DNA from: Candidatus Woesearchaeota archaeon
GTDB lineage: Archaea > Nanobdellota > Nanobdellia > Pacearchaeales > GW2011-AR1
Length of the DNA: 53,767 bases
Direction of reading: 5' to 3'
Assembly (NCBI GenBank): GCA_964389765.1
Contig: CAYMES010000003.1
Location: 1-53,767, forward strand
The notes beneath the pieces were generated by a model that saw nothing but the letters and a program-made list of their open reading frames with translations, was not told where the DNA came from and did no database searches. This document shows positions 45,869-53,767 of the stretch, in pieces; position 1 is the stretch's first letter; each line of letters begins with the position of its first letter. The translations under genes and the position numbers were made by a program.

Positions 45869-46376
45869 AAACAAATTAATGAAAAATAAAAAAGCAAATA
45901 TTCCCATAACTTTGTTAGTATTTATGGTTTTAGTATTAAGTATTGCAACTCTTTTTATACTTTCTATAAGTGATGAAGCTGAAAAATCAGAAATGAACCA
46001 TTTTATGTTTTTGAATTATATTTATATTGAAAAAGCTAAATTTGATTTTTATGTTCAGGATATGATAGATAACTCTATTAAAGGTATTAAAACAAAACAA
46101 GATTTTATTGCTAATTTTAAGGACGAATTGGAAAGATATAAACAAGATGAAAAATATATTATTCCAGAGATTAGAGATATAGAAAGTCAAGTTAAAGAAA
46201 AAAACATTGAGATTAAAGATAATGAACTTATAATTAATTTTGAAATTAGTATAAAAAAGCAATTGGATAATGATGAAATTGATTTGAGACAGATTTCTTA
46301 TAATTATAAAAAAGAATTTAAAAAAGAAGTTGATTTAGAACAAAAAGAGCAGGAAGAGCAAGATTACGATATTTAG
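45858..46376 (+). CDS. Minor pilin-like protein (class III signal peptide)
   Basis: NKKA|NIPITLLVFMVLVLSIATLF. Confidence 0.8.
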   Translation: MQSKNKLMKNKKANIPITLLVFMVLVLSIATLFILSISDEAEKSEMNHFMFLNYIYIEKAKFDFYVQDMIDNSIKGIKTKQDFIANFKDELERYKQDEKYIIPEIRDIESQVKEKNIEIKDNELIINFEISIKKQLDNDEIDLRQISYNYKKEFKKEVDLEQKEQEEQDYDI

Positions 46377-46390
46377 AAACATTTAAAAAT
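46376..46390 (+). promoter_or_regulatory. BRE/TATA-like promoter for the probable major pilin
   Basis: GAAACATTTAAAAAT about 50 nt upstream of ATG 46439, with GAGGT before the ATG. Confidence 0.5.
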
Positions 46391-46438
46391 ATCGTCTTAT
46401 TTATTCAATTAATAAATTAAATTTAAAAGAGGTAAATA

Positions 46439-46801
46439 ATGAAAGATAAAAAAGGTGCTGAATTAGCTATAGGTACAATTGTGATCATAGTTTTAGCATT
46501 AGTTGTCTTAGTAGTTTTGGTAGTAGGATTTACAGGTGGATGGGGGAATCTATGGACAAGAATAACAAGCTTTTTTGGCGGAGGAAATAATGTTGACAGT
46601 GTTGTTCAAGCATGTCAAGTAGCTTGTACAACAGGAGCCCAATATGATTATTGTACAAGAGAAAGGACAGTGAAATTTGAAGACGAAACACAAAATGGAA
46701 AATATAATTGTAAGGCTTTAGAAGATAAAGGTTTTGGTCTTGAAAAATGTGAACATGATCAGATTAAAGATAGCAGCTGTAGCAAGATAGAACCTTCTTA
46801 A
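46439..46801 (+). CDS. Probable major type IV pilin
   Basis: DKKG|AELAIGTIVIIVLALVVLVVLVVGFTGGW; six Cys; own promoter-like element, SD-like motif and downstream T-tract. Confidence 0.85.
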   Translation: MKDKKGAELAIGTIVIIVLALVVLVVLVVGFTGGWGNLWTRITSFFGGGNNVDSVVQACQVACTTGAQYDYCTRERTVKFEDETQNGKYNCKALEDKGFGLEKCEHDQIKDSSCSKIEPS

Positions 46802-46883
46802 GTGTTTTTAATTTTTATTTGTTTATTAATTGAATTTTTTATATTTTCACAAATGTAGATATTTGGAGATAAAATGGTAGAAT

Positions 46884-47147
46884 ATGGATATCCTGAAAAA
46901 AGAAGAAAAGGAAAAGATAAAAAGAGAAATAAAAAGAAACATCCATATAAAAAAGGCGGAAAACATAGAACAAGAAAGAAAAAAGATTAAAAGAAGTAGA
47001 TTTAAAAATTACAAATTACTTATTAATTTAATAAAAATAGGTAAAATGGACAAAGAAACTCTAAAAAAACTTAAATTGATTGCTTGGATAATTGGTTTTA
47101 TAGCTTTAGTTTTATTGATTTATGGAATTATAAGAGTATTGATATAA
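46884..47147 (+). CDS. Small membrane protein (true start possibly ATG 47046, giving 33 aa)
   Basis: C-terminal TM helix; AGGT precedes ATG 47046. Confidence 0.55.
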   Translation: MDILKKEEKEKIKREIKRNIHIKKAENIEQERKKIKRSRFKNYKLLINLIKIGKMDKETLKKLKLIAWIIGFIALVLLIYGIIRVLI

Positions 47148-47148
47148 A

Positions 47149-47355
47149 ATGAAAATTGGAGGAGCATTATCAGTATTTTCACAGATTATAAATTTTATGA
47201 TTTTTATTTATTTCATAATTGTTTTGTTAAGTTTAAATGTTTTAGATGCTAAAGGATTATTCATCGGTGCTTTTGGTTTGTTAGCTTCGTTGATATCAGA
47301 TATTGTTTCCACACTTGAAGCAAAAGAATTAGAAAAATCAGAAAAAAGAGGTTAA
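47149..47355 (+). CDS. Small two-TM membrane protein
   Basis: Tightly packed between neighbours; two hydrophobic helices. Confidence 0.65.
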   Translation: MKIGGALSVFSQIINFMIFIYFIIVLLSLNVLDAKGLFIGAFGLLASLISDIVSTLEAKELEKSEKRG

Positions 47356-47362
47356 AACGAGG

Positions 47363-48196
47363 ATGTTTAATGAAAATTTATTTTTAATAATCTTAGCTGT
47401 TATATGGATAGTTATAGCTGTTATTCAGGATTTGAGAAAAAGAGAAGTTGCAAATTGGTGGAATTTTTCTCTTATTGCAGTTGCTTTGTCATATAGAGCT
47501 TTTTTATCTTTATGGAAACTTGATTATTTGTATATTATTTATGGTATTATGGGATTTGGGATATTTTTTATTGTAGCTAATTTATTTTATTATTCAAGAG
47601 TTTTTGCAGGAGGAGATGCTAAGTTGTTAATGGCATTAGGAGCTGTATTGCCTTTTTCTAATGTTTTTATGAATAATGTTAAGGTTTTTATCTTTTTTAT
47701 TTTTGGATTATTGTTTTTTGGAAGTTTTTATGCTTTATTATATAGTTTTGTGTTAGTTATTAAAAGATGGAAAGATTTTAAAAAAGAATTTTTAAAACAG
47801 CTAAAAAATAATGAGAAGATGATGAATATTTGTTTTATTATTGCTGTTATTTTATCTATGTTATTTTTAATTTTAGGTTTGAAGATTATGATAGCTTTTC
47901 CAATTATTATTCTTGTTTTTCCTATACTTTTTAGTTATGCTAAGTCTATAGAAGAAGCATGTATGATTAAAGATGTTAATGTTAAAAATCTAGTAATTGG
48001 AGATTGGCTTTATCAAGATATTGGAATAAGGTATAGGGGTAAGAAAAAGATTATAAAACCAAGTTGGGAAGGATTAGATGAAGAGGAAATAAATGTTCTT
48101 AAAAAATCTGGAAAGAAAAAAGTTAAGGTTAAAGAAGGAATACCTTTTACACCTAGTTTTTTATTTGCATTTATATTTTTAATAATTTCAATTTAA
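47363..48196 (+). CDS. Prepilin peptidase, A24 family (PibD/FlaK/EppA-like)
   Basis: Catalytic Asp motifs IQDLRKREVANW and FAGGDAKLLMALG; C-terminal GIPFTPSF; multi-TM. Confidence 0.92.
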   Translation: MFNENLFLIILAVIWIVIAVIQDLRKREVANWWNFSLIAVALSYRAFLSLWKLDYLYIIYGIMGFGIFFIVANLFYYSRVFAGGDAKLLMALGAVLPFSNVFMNNVKVFIFFIFGLLFFGSFYALLYSFVLVIKRWKDFKKEFLKQLKNNEKMMNICFIIAVILSMLFLILGLKIMIAFPIIILVFPILFSYAKSIEEACMIKDVNVKNLVIGDWLYQDIGIRYRGKKKIIKPSWEGLDEEEINVLKKSGKKKVKVKEGIPFTPSFLFAFIFLIISI

Positions 48197-48546
48197 ATAT
48201 TATTTCTTTGTTTAGTTTCTCTTATATATTTTATATTGTTGTACCTTCTTTTAAATTCATTTAGTTCTTGTGCAGTTAAAGGATAGTAAATGTAACTTCC
48301 TTTTGAAGGAGTTGTTTTTGGAGAAGGTATTGTTGTTATTTCTGTTCCTTGATGTATTTCTATTTCTGGAGAAGCTTCAATATTTTGTGCTAAACTTTCA
48401 AGTTGATGTGGATGGTTATGATTAGAATAGATTTGTTTTTTTTCTGAGGTTTCAAGAATTATATTAGCTCCACAATATGCATCTTTTTTAAGAACACTAT
48501 CTAGGGAATATTTATATATTTCTATTTTTGTTGCAAAGTTTACCAT
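48193..48546 (-). CDS. Hypothetical protein
   Basis: 117-aa ORF coupled to the upstream GH3 gene (1-nt gap). Confidence 0.6.
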   Translation of the reverse strand: MVNFATKIEIYKYSLDSVLKKDAYCGANIILETSEKKQIYSNHNHPHQLESLAQNIEASPEIEIHQGTEITTIPSPKTTPSKGSYIYYPLTAQELNEFKRRYNNIKYIRETKQRNNI

Positions 48547-48547
48547 T

Positions 48548-49624
48548 TTATCTGATTTTATATCCTTTAGTTGTTAGTATTTTTTTAACACTTTTATCTA
48601 TATTTTCTTTTTTTATATTGCCTTTATTAACTTCTTGTTCTATGTTTTTAATAAGATTGTATAAAGATTTTGGAGATAGTTGAAAATCAAGAATTAAGTT
48701 TTCTCCAGAATTAATTAATTCTTTATAAAGATTTATTTTTTTTGGATAAGATTTTTTTAATCCTATCATGTTTATTTCATCAGCTATAATAAGAGCTGAG
48801 TCATCTATGCTTGAAATTACTGGTTTAGATATTGTTGAAGGTTTATTTTGGGAATTTAATTCTCCAGTAACTTTTTGATGACTTACCATAATTGCAGATA
48901 TATTGTTTTTTATGCATGTTTCAAATAGAGATAAATCCTCTTTAGTTATGTTTTGTTTATCAGAAAAATAATGAAGATTTTTTTGCATTGCTTTTCCAGG
49001 ATAATGCTTGCATGTTCCTAAAACATATTTTTGTAATCCTTGGATATATGAAGCTATTTTATCTTGTATTTCTTGATTTGTTCCTTTAAATGCTCTTCCT
49101 CCATAAACCTTATCTTTTAATTCTGCAACAGGAGCAAAATTCAAGTTAAATCCAGTGTTTTTTAATAATTTTCCATGTTTTTGTCCGATTTCATATGCTT
49201 GTTCAGACGTTTTTATTTCAGAAAATTTTGGAAATTTTTGTTCTGGAGTTGGATTATGAAAGGGAGTCCATGCTCCTTCTAAATCAGTAGATGCAAATAA
49301 ATTTATTTTTGATTTTTGTTGATAGTTTCCAATTATTTTTTTATATTGTTCAGCTGAGTTTTGTCTATCTAAAAATATTCCTCCTATATTGAGATTAGTA
49401 TATTCATAATCTTCATTATCTGCTCTAACAACAATCATTTGAGCTATTTTTTGTTGGAGGGTTAAAGAAGAAAAATCTATTGTATTATTTTTTATAATGA
49501 TGTTGTTAGTGTTTGTTTGATTTATTTTTTCTATAGTATTATGGTGGTCAAGATATATAATTAAAGAGATTAAAATTATGAATATTATAATTAAGATAAT
49601 TATCTGGATTTTATTTATATTCAT
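48548..49624 (-). CDS. Membrane-anchored glycoside hydrolase family 3 N-terminal domain (NagZ-like beta-N-acetylhexosaminidase)
   Basis: LTLQQKIAQM, STDLEG, NLNFAPVAEL, GRAF, CKHYPG, AIMVSH, IIADEINM; N-terminal TM. Confidence 0.85.
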   Translation of the reverse strand: MNINKIQIIILIIIFIILISLIIYLDHHNTIEKINQTNTNNIIIKNNTIDFSSLTLQQKIAQMIVVRADNEDYEYTNLNIGGIFLDRQNSAEQYKKIIGNYQQKSKINLFASTDLEGAWTPFHNPTPEQKFPKFSEIKTSEQAYEIGQKHGKLLKNTGFNLNFAPVAELKDKVYGGRAFKGTNQEIQDKIASYIQGLQKYVLGTCKHYPGKAMQKNLHYFSDKQNITKEDLSLFETCIKNNISAIMVSHQKVTGELNSQNKPSTISKPVISSIDDSALIIADEINMIGLKKSYPKKINLYKELINSGENLILDFQLSPKSLYNLIKNIEQEVNKGNIKKENIDKSVKKILTTKGYKIR

Positions 49625-49670
49625 AATTAATTATAGCAGATTAGCTTTAAAATATTTTTCTAATAATTTT

Positions 49671-50732
49671 TTAGTTTTTTATGATAATGTTTCCAGTTAA
49701 AGCTTTGTTTTGATTATTTATTTTATCTTGCATATATTTATAGAATTCTTTATAAGTCATAATTTTTGCTCCATCTTTTTTAACATATCCTAAGAATTTA
49801 TCTAAGTCTTCTAGTTTTTCTCTGTTATCAAAAGTATTGCAATGCAATTGTAAGATAAATAAATTGTTTTTTTCATATTCTTGTATCCATTCTTTATAAG
49901 AAGTATGTTTGAAATCTCTTGCATACCATTTGTATACATAAATCGGATCATATCCTTTTTGAGTTATAATTACATCCTTATCAAAATAAGCTTGAGGAAC
50001 ATGAGTGTTCCCAATTACTTTAAAACCCACTTTTTTAACATTTTCATATTGGGGAGTTGTCCACTGGTTTCCAGGAGGAAAATAAGTAATGAACTCTTTT
50101 TTAAATATTGTTTCTAATTGTCTTTTTCCAGTTAGTACATTATACCATACTTCTTCATATTGAGGACAATAATATGAATTTCTGCAGTGATTGTATCCAT
50201 GCATTGCTAATTCATAACCTTTTCTGTCAAGTTCTTTAAGATAATTTATCATTTCTTTGTCTTCACTTAGTGGAAAGTTTTGTCTTAAACCTTCAACAAA
50301 TATAAAAGGGGTAACTCCAAGGGAAGCAACAGCCTTGTGTTTGTCAAGTATATCTGAAACTTCTTTATAATCTTTCATAGTATAACCATATTTTTCAAAA
50401 TAAGGACCTGCACCATCTTTAGCTATATTCCAATAGTCATCTATTTCTATGATTAGTATTTTTTCATCTACTTTTACTTTGGTTGCTTTATCAAGATAAT
50501 ATACATAATATTTTAAAATTCCGAATGAGATAAATAAAACAATTAGTATTATCAGAGCAAGATAAGAAAGAAATTTTTTATGTTTTTCTGAGAAAACAGC
50601 GAGTTTATGAAAAATTTTTATGTTAGATTTAGTTATAAAAAATATTGCAATGAAGATTATTGAAAGAGCAAGGATAATATAAGATAGAATATTATATAGT
50701 TCGCAAGGATTTAGTTCTATTATCCACCTCAT
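49671..50732 (-). CDS. Membrane-anchored polysaccharide deacetylase (CE4/DUF2334-like)
   Basis: IEIDDY, ELAMHGYNH, YFPPGNQW, LQLH; two N-terminal TM helices. Confidence 0.85.
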   Translation of the reverse strand: MRWIIELNPCELYNILSYIILALSIIFIAIFFITKSNIKIFHKLAVFSEKHKKFLSYLALIILIVLFISFGILKYYVYYLDKATKVKVDEKILIIEIDDYWNIAKDGAGPYFEKYGYTMKDYKEVSDILDKHKAVASLGVTPFIFVEGLRQNFPLSEDKEMINYLKELDRKGYELAMHGYNHCRNSYYCPQYEEVWYNVLTGKRQLETIFKKEFITYFPPGNQWTTPQYENVKKVGFKVIGNTHVPQAYFDKDVIITQKGYDPIYVYKWYARDFKHTSYKEWIQEYEKNNLFILQLHCNTFDNREKLEDLDKFLGYVKKDGAKIMTYKEFYKYMQDKINNQNKALTGNIIIKN

Positions 50733-50759
50733 TTTTTAGTTTTTTGTTTATCTATTTAT

Positions 50760-51416
50760 TTAAGGAATTCTTTTTGGAGCATGTGGAAGTTCACTTAATT
50801 TTTTTGCAGCAGCTTTTTTTCTTTGTTTTCTTGGTTTAACTTTTAATTTTCTCTGTAATTTTTCAAGTTCTTCTGGTTTGGCTTGTTTTTTTTCAGGTTT
50901 TTCATTTTCGTAAAATGGAATTATATTTATTAAACCATGTCCTTGAACATTTGCTGTTTCTATTTTGACATCTTGAGCTTTTAGTTTTGATTTGAGTTTT
51001 TTAGCTATTTTTTTAGCAAGAGATAATACTGAAGATGATGATTTTTCTATAGGGAGGTGTTGTTTTGGAAGAACTATTGAATGCCCTTTTGTTAAAGGAT
51101 TAATATCAAGTACAGCTATTGCTTTTTTATTTTCATCTATTTTATAACTTTGAGTTTTTCCTTCTGCTATATTACAAAATATACATCCTCCTCTTCCTTC
51201 TGCTTGTCCAGCAGCTTCTCCAGTTTCTGTTTCTTGTCCAGGTTGTTGTCCTGGCTGTTTAATTAGATTGTTTTGAATTAGAAATTCTTCTAGCTGTTCA
51301 TTATTCATATTTTTAATTTGTTGTTCAAGTGCTTTTCCTTGTTCTGGTGGAAGATTTTTTATCTGCTGCATTAACTGCTGCTTTATTTGTTTTGCTTGTT
51401 CATCTGTAAGTGCCAT
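50760..51416 (-). CDS. HIT-family protein with N-terminal helical extension and degenerate histidine triad
   Basis: CIFCNIAEG, AVLDINPLTKGHSIVLPKQH; the triad region reads QGHGLINIIP. Confidence 0.85.
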   Translation of the reverse strand: MALTDEQAKQIKQQLMQQIKNLPPEQGKALEQQIKNMNNEQLEEFLIQNNLIKQPGQQPGQETETGEAAGQAEGRGGCIFCNIAEGKTQSYKIDENKKAIAVLDINPLTKGHSIVLPKQHLPIEKSSSSVLSLAKKIAKKLKSKLKAQDVKIETANVQGHGLINIIPFYENEKPEKKQAKPEELEKLQRKLKVKPRKQRKKAAAKKLSELPHAPKRIP

Positions 51417-51471
51417 ATTTTTTAGAAGAGGTTTTGGTTTTTAAATTTATAGAAAAAATATATAATTTAAT

Positions 51472-51546
51472 TTTACGATTATCCAATTGCCCTACTCCCA
51501 ATTGTATAATCCACCATTATTTTAGAATTTACGATTATCCAATTGC
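51472..51546. repeat. 19-bp direct repeat duplicating the 3' end of the EF-1beta gene
   Basis: TTTACGATTATCCAATTGC at 51472-51490 and 51528-51546. Confidence 0.85.
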
Positions 51547-51801
51547 TCGCCTATAATCTATGACTTCTACACTTGAAATGCCTATTATTTCTTTTAAAGA
51601 ATTTTCAACAGTATCTGTCCCTTTTTCTTCTGGCCATGCAAAAGTTGCTATTATTGCTTTTAATCCAAATGCAATAGGCTGTTCTTCTAGATTTATATTT
51701 TTAGCTTCACTTAATTTTGAAGGAATTTGTTTTTTAATTTCATCTAAATCTGTTTCAGGAGATTCAGGCATTATTCTAACTTTAACTGCTGCAGTTGCCA
51801 T
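51535..51801 (-). CDS. ef1b: Archaeal translation elongation factor 1-beta
   Basis: RIMPESPETDLDEI, EEQPIAFGLKAI, GTDTVEN.L..I.GISSVEV. Confidence 0.95.
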   Translation of the reverse strand: MATAAVKVRIMPESPETDLDEIKKQIPSKLSEAKNINLEEQPIAFGLKAIIATFAWPEEKGTDTVENSLKEIIGISSVEVIDYRRAIG

Positions 51802-51817
51802 ATTAATATTTGTATTT

Positions 51818-52258
51818 TTATTTTTTAAATGTTATGTTTGAGATTTTTTTAGTAAGATTGATTTTATTTTTTAATTTTCTTATCTTGCTTTTTCTTTCTT
51901 CCGCCTCTAGCCATTTTTCAAATTGTTTTATGTTTTTAAATGAAACTTTATAGGGTTTTCCTCCACCGTATTTTTCACATTCATCTACAGAATGTTCTCT
52001 GCAGATTTGAGGTCTTGTTTTATATATTGCACATAGCCCATTTTTCTTTAATTTTTTACATTTAGTATTAAATTGAATATTCCAATTGTTGTCATTATCT
52101 ATATAAACTTCTATATTTTCATGTAAAAGAAACCATTTAATTTCATCTATATCTTTCTTACTATTTAATCTTGGTTTGTCTATTTCCACAGAAACATATT
52201 TGCAACATAAAGAGCAGCCAAAACAAGGATTATCTTTTTTATTTTTATTTGATTTCAT
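51818..52258 (-). CDS. YkgJ-family CxxCxxCC cysteine-cluster (Zn/Fe-S) protein
   Basis: CFGCSLCC, CKKL...GLCAIYKTRPQICR. Confidence 0.88.
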   Translation of the reverse strand: MKSNKNKKDNPCFGCSLCCKYVSVEIDKPRLNSKKDIDEIKWFLLHENIEVYIDNDNNWNIQFNTKCKKLKKNGLCAIYKTRPQICREHSVDECEKYGGGKPYKVSFKNIKQFEKWLEAEERKSKIRKLKNKINLTKKISNITFKK

Positions 52259-52380
52259 GAAAAGGAGATTATTAATGATGTTTAAAAACTTTTCTATGAT
52301 TTTTATTTTGTTGTTTAATTATAACAATACTTAAAAATAAGCACATTCTTTATTAAAATATTAAAATGAGGAAAATTTAA

Positions 52381-53313
52381 ATGTCAAATTATCAGAAACT
52401 TATTCAAAGAATAGCAAGAAGTTCTGGAATATCTGAACAAGAAATAGAAAGAAAAGTAGAAGCTAAAAGAGCTAAGCTTTCAGGATTGATAAGTAAGGAA
52501 GGAGCAGCACAAGTAGTTGCTTCTGAACTTGGAATTAATTTTGACCAAGAAAATATTAAGATATCTGAAATATTGCCAAGTATGAAAAAAGTAAATTTAG
52601 TAGGTAAAATAATTAGGTTGTTCCCTGTAAGAGAATATGAAAAAAACAATAAAAAAGGCAAGATAGGAAGCTTTGTTCTGGGTGATGAAACAAGCAATAT
52701 AAGGACAGTATTATGGGATACAAATCATATTTCTCTTATTGAAAAGCAAGAGATTAAAGAAGGCGATGTAGTAGAAATAAGCAATGCAAATATTAGGAAT
52801 TCAGAATTGCATTTGTCAGGATTCTCAGATATTAAGTTATCTAATCAAAAATTAGATAAGGTGGTAGAAGGAAAAGTATTTCAAGAAAAATATATCAAAG
52901 ATCTTGCCCAAGGAATGCAAGCAAGAATAAGAGCAGTTATTGTTCAGGCATTTAATCCTAAGATATTTTACTCTTGTCCTGCTTGTGGAAAAAAGGTTTC
53001 AGAATCAGGAGAATGTCAGGAACATGGTAAAGTTAATGGAGAAAAAAAAGCTATTCTTAATTTTATATTAGATGATGGAACAGAAACAATAAGATCTGTT
53101 TTATTTTCAAATCAGATAGAAAAAATAATCTCAAAAGAAGAAATGGAAAATATTGACAAATTACAGCAAAAAAGGCAAGAAATGTTGGGAAGAGAGATGT
53201 TTTTTTCAGGAAGAGTAAGACAGAATAAATTTTTCAATAATCCTGAGTTATATGTAGAAGATGTTGAACAAATTGATATTGATAAATTAATAGCTCAACT
53301 TGAAAATAAATAA
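52381..53313 (+). CDS. rpa: Replication protein A-like OB-fold ssDNA-binding protein with Zn finger
   Basis: N-terminal LSGLISKEGAAQVVA.ELG, OB fold LGDETSNIRTVLW, CPAC...CQEH, LDDGTETIRSVLF. Confidence 0.88.
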   Translation: MSNYQKLIQRIARSSGISEQEIERKVEAKRAKLSGLISKEGAAQVVASELGINFDQENIKISEILPSMKKVNLVGKIIRLFPVREYEKNNKKGKIGSFVLGDETSNIRTVLWDTNHISLIEKQEIKEGDVVEISNANIRNSELHLSGFSDIKLSNQKLDKVVEGKVFQEKYIKDLAQGMQARIRAVIVQAFNPKIFYSCPACGKKVSESGECQEHGKVNGEKKAILNFILDDGTETIRSVLFSNQIEKIISKEEMENIDKLQQKRQEMLGREMFFSGRVRQNKFFNNPELYVEDVEQIDIDKLIAQLENK

Positions 53314-53767
53314 TTTTCATGAAGAAATGTTTTTAGAGGTTTTATCATCTATATTTAGTTTTAGTAATTCTTAAAATAATTTAAATTATTTATTTGAGGA
53401 TAGAAGAATTTGTTAAAAATGCTCCTAAAAAAATTATGAAGATGAGGTTATTACAGAAGATATTAGTTTTAATTTTGATTAAGGAGATTCAAGAGATAAA
53501 GATATTAAAGAATTTCAAGATTATGGAAAAACTTTGAAATTTGTAAGAGGCAATATATTTTGTAGAAGAGATGATTACCATCTATTAAAAAGGACAAATG
53601 TCATTTGTTATGAAAAAGATATCCATATCTATGGAACAAAGAAAGATATAAGGGAGTTTAAATGTGTTGTTTGTAGGAAATAGGACAGAATTAAGAAAGT
53701 TCAAATTAAAACCTTCTGTTTATTTTAGAAATCTTTTAGATGATTTATAGAATTTTATTCTTTATTA

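Noticed and set aside
30472-48196. Archaellum operon
   Set aside because: No archaellin-like sequence, ArlH (KaiC-like ATPase) or ArlF/G recognised.
3383-52697. Short overlapping or antisense ORFs in the track (e.g. 3383, 3844, 5735, 6723, 8642, 9595, 12501, 13816, 16538, 16728, 17513, 19485, 20530, 21798, 23750, 26015, 27741, 27924, 28199, 28455, 28495, 29167, 29489, 29997, 31791, 32697, 40068, 45389, 45987, 49881, 51560, 52404)
   Set aside because: Each lies within or opposite a better-supported gene and has shadow-frame composition with no recognisable motifs.
1-53767. rRNA, tRNA, CRISPR arrays, transposases, integrases, anti-phage defence genes
   Set aside because: None recognised by eye; tRNAscan-SE, Infernal and DefenseFinder runs would be needed to exclude them formally.

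Overview
Very AT-rich archaeal chromosomal DNA. Inferred source is a DPANN/Nanobdellota lineage such as Pacearchaeota or Woesearchaeota, based on BRE/TATA-like promoters, EF-1beta, RPA, Hef helicase/nuclease and KK(A/G)-type class III signal peptides. The window is dominated by cell-surface machinery. (1) 1-16.3 kb: a cluster of secreted or membrane-anchored Ig-like glycoproteins whose internal homologies suggest an undescribed donor-strand-complementation fimbrial system (three pilin-like subunits, a giant tip-like adhesin carrying a degenerate Hint domain, a 63-aa TM-plus-donor-strand anchor candidate and two membrane-anchored PapD/WxLIP-like chaperone candidates), followed by MoxR-DUF58-VWA. 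(2) 19-30 kb: split Hef, a J-domain protein, an inactive S2P-like protein, a PRC-barrel protein and a family of paralogous membrane proteins. (3) 30.5-48.2 kb: a type IV pilus locus (intein-containing ATPase, TadB/C-like platform, ten class III signal-peptide proteins including an unannotated 38-aa micro-pilin and a glycine-zipper pilin, and a prepilin peptidase), interrupted by a small hldE/RHH islet. (4) 48.5-53.3 kb: membrane-anchored GH3 and polysaccharide deacetylase, HIT-like protein, EF-1beta, YkgJ-like protein and RPA. No rRNA, tRNA, CRISPR array or transposase was recognised. All family calls come from reading motifs by eye, not from database searches.
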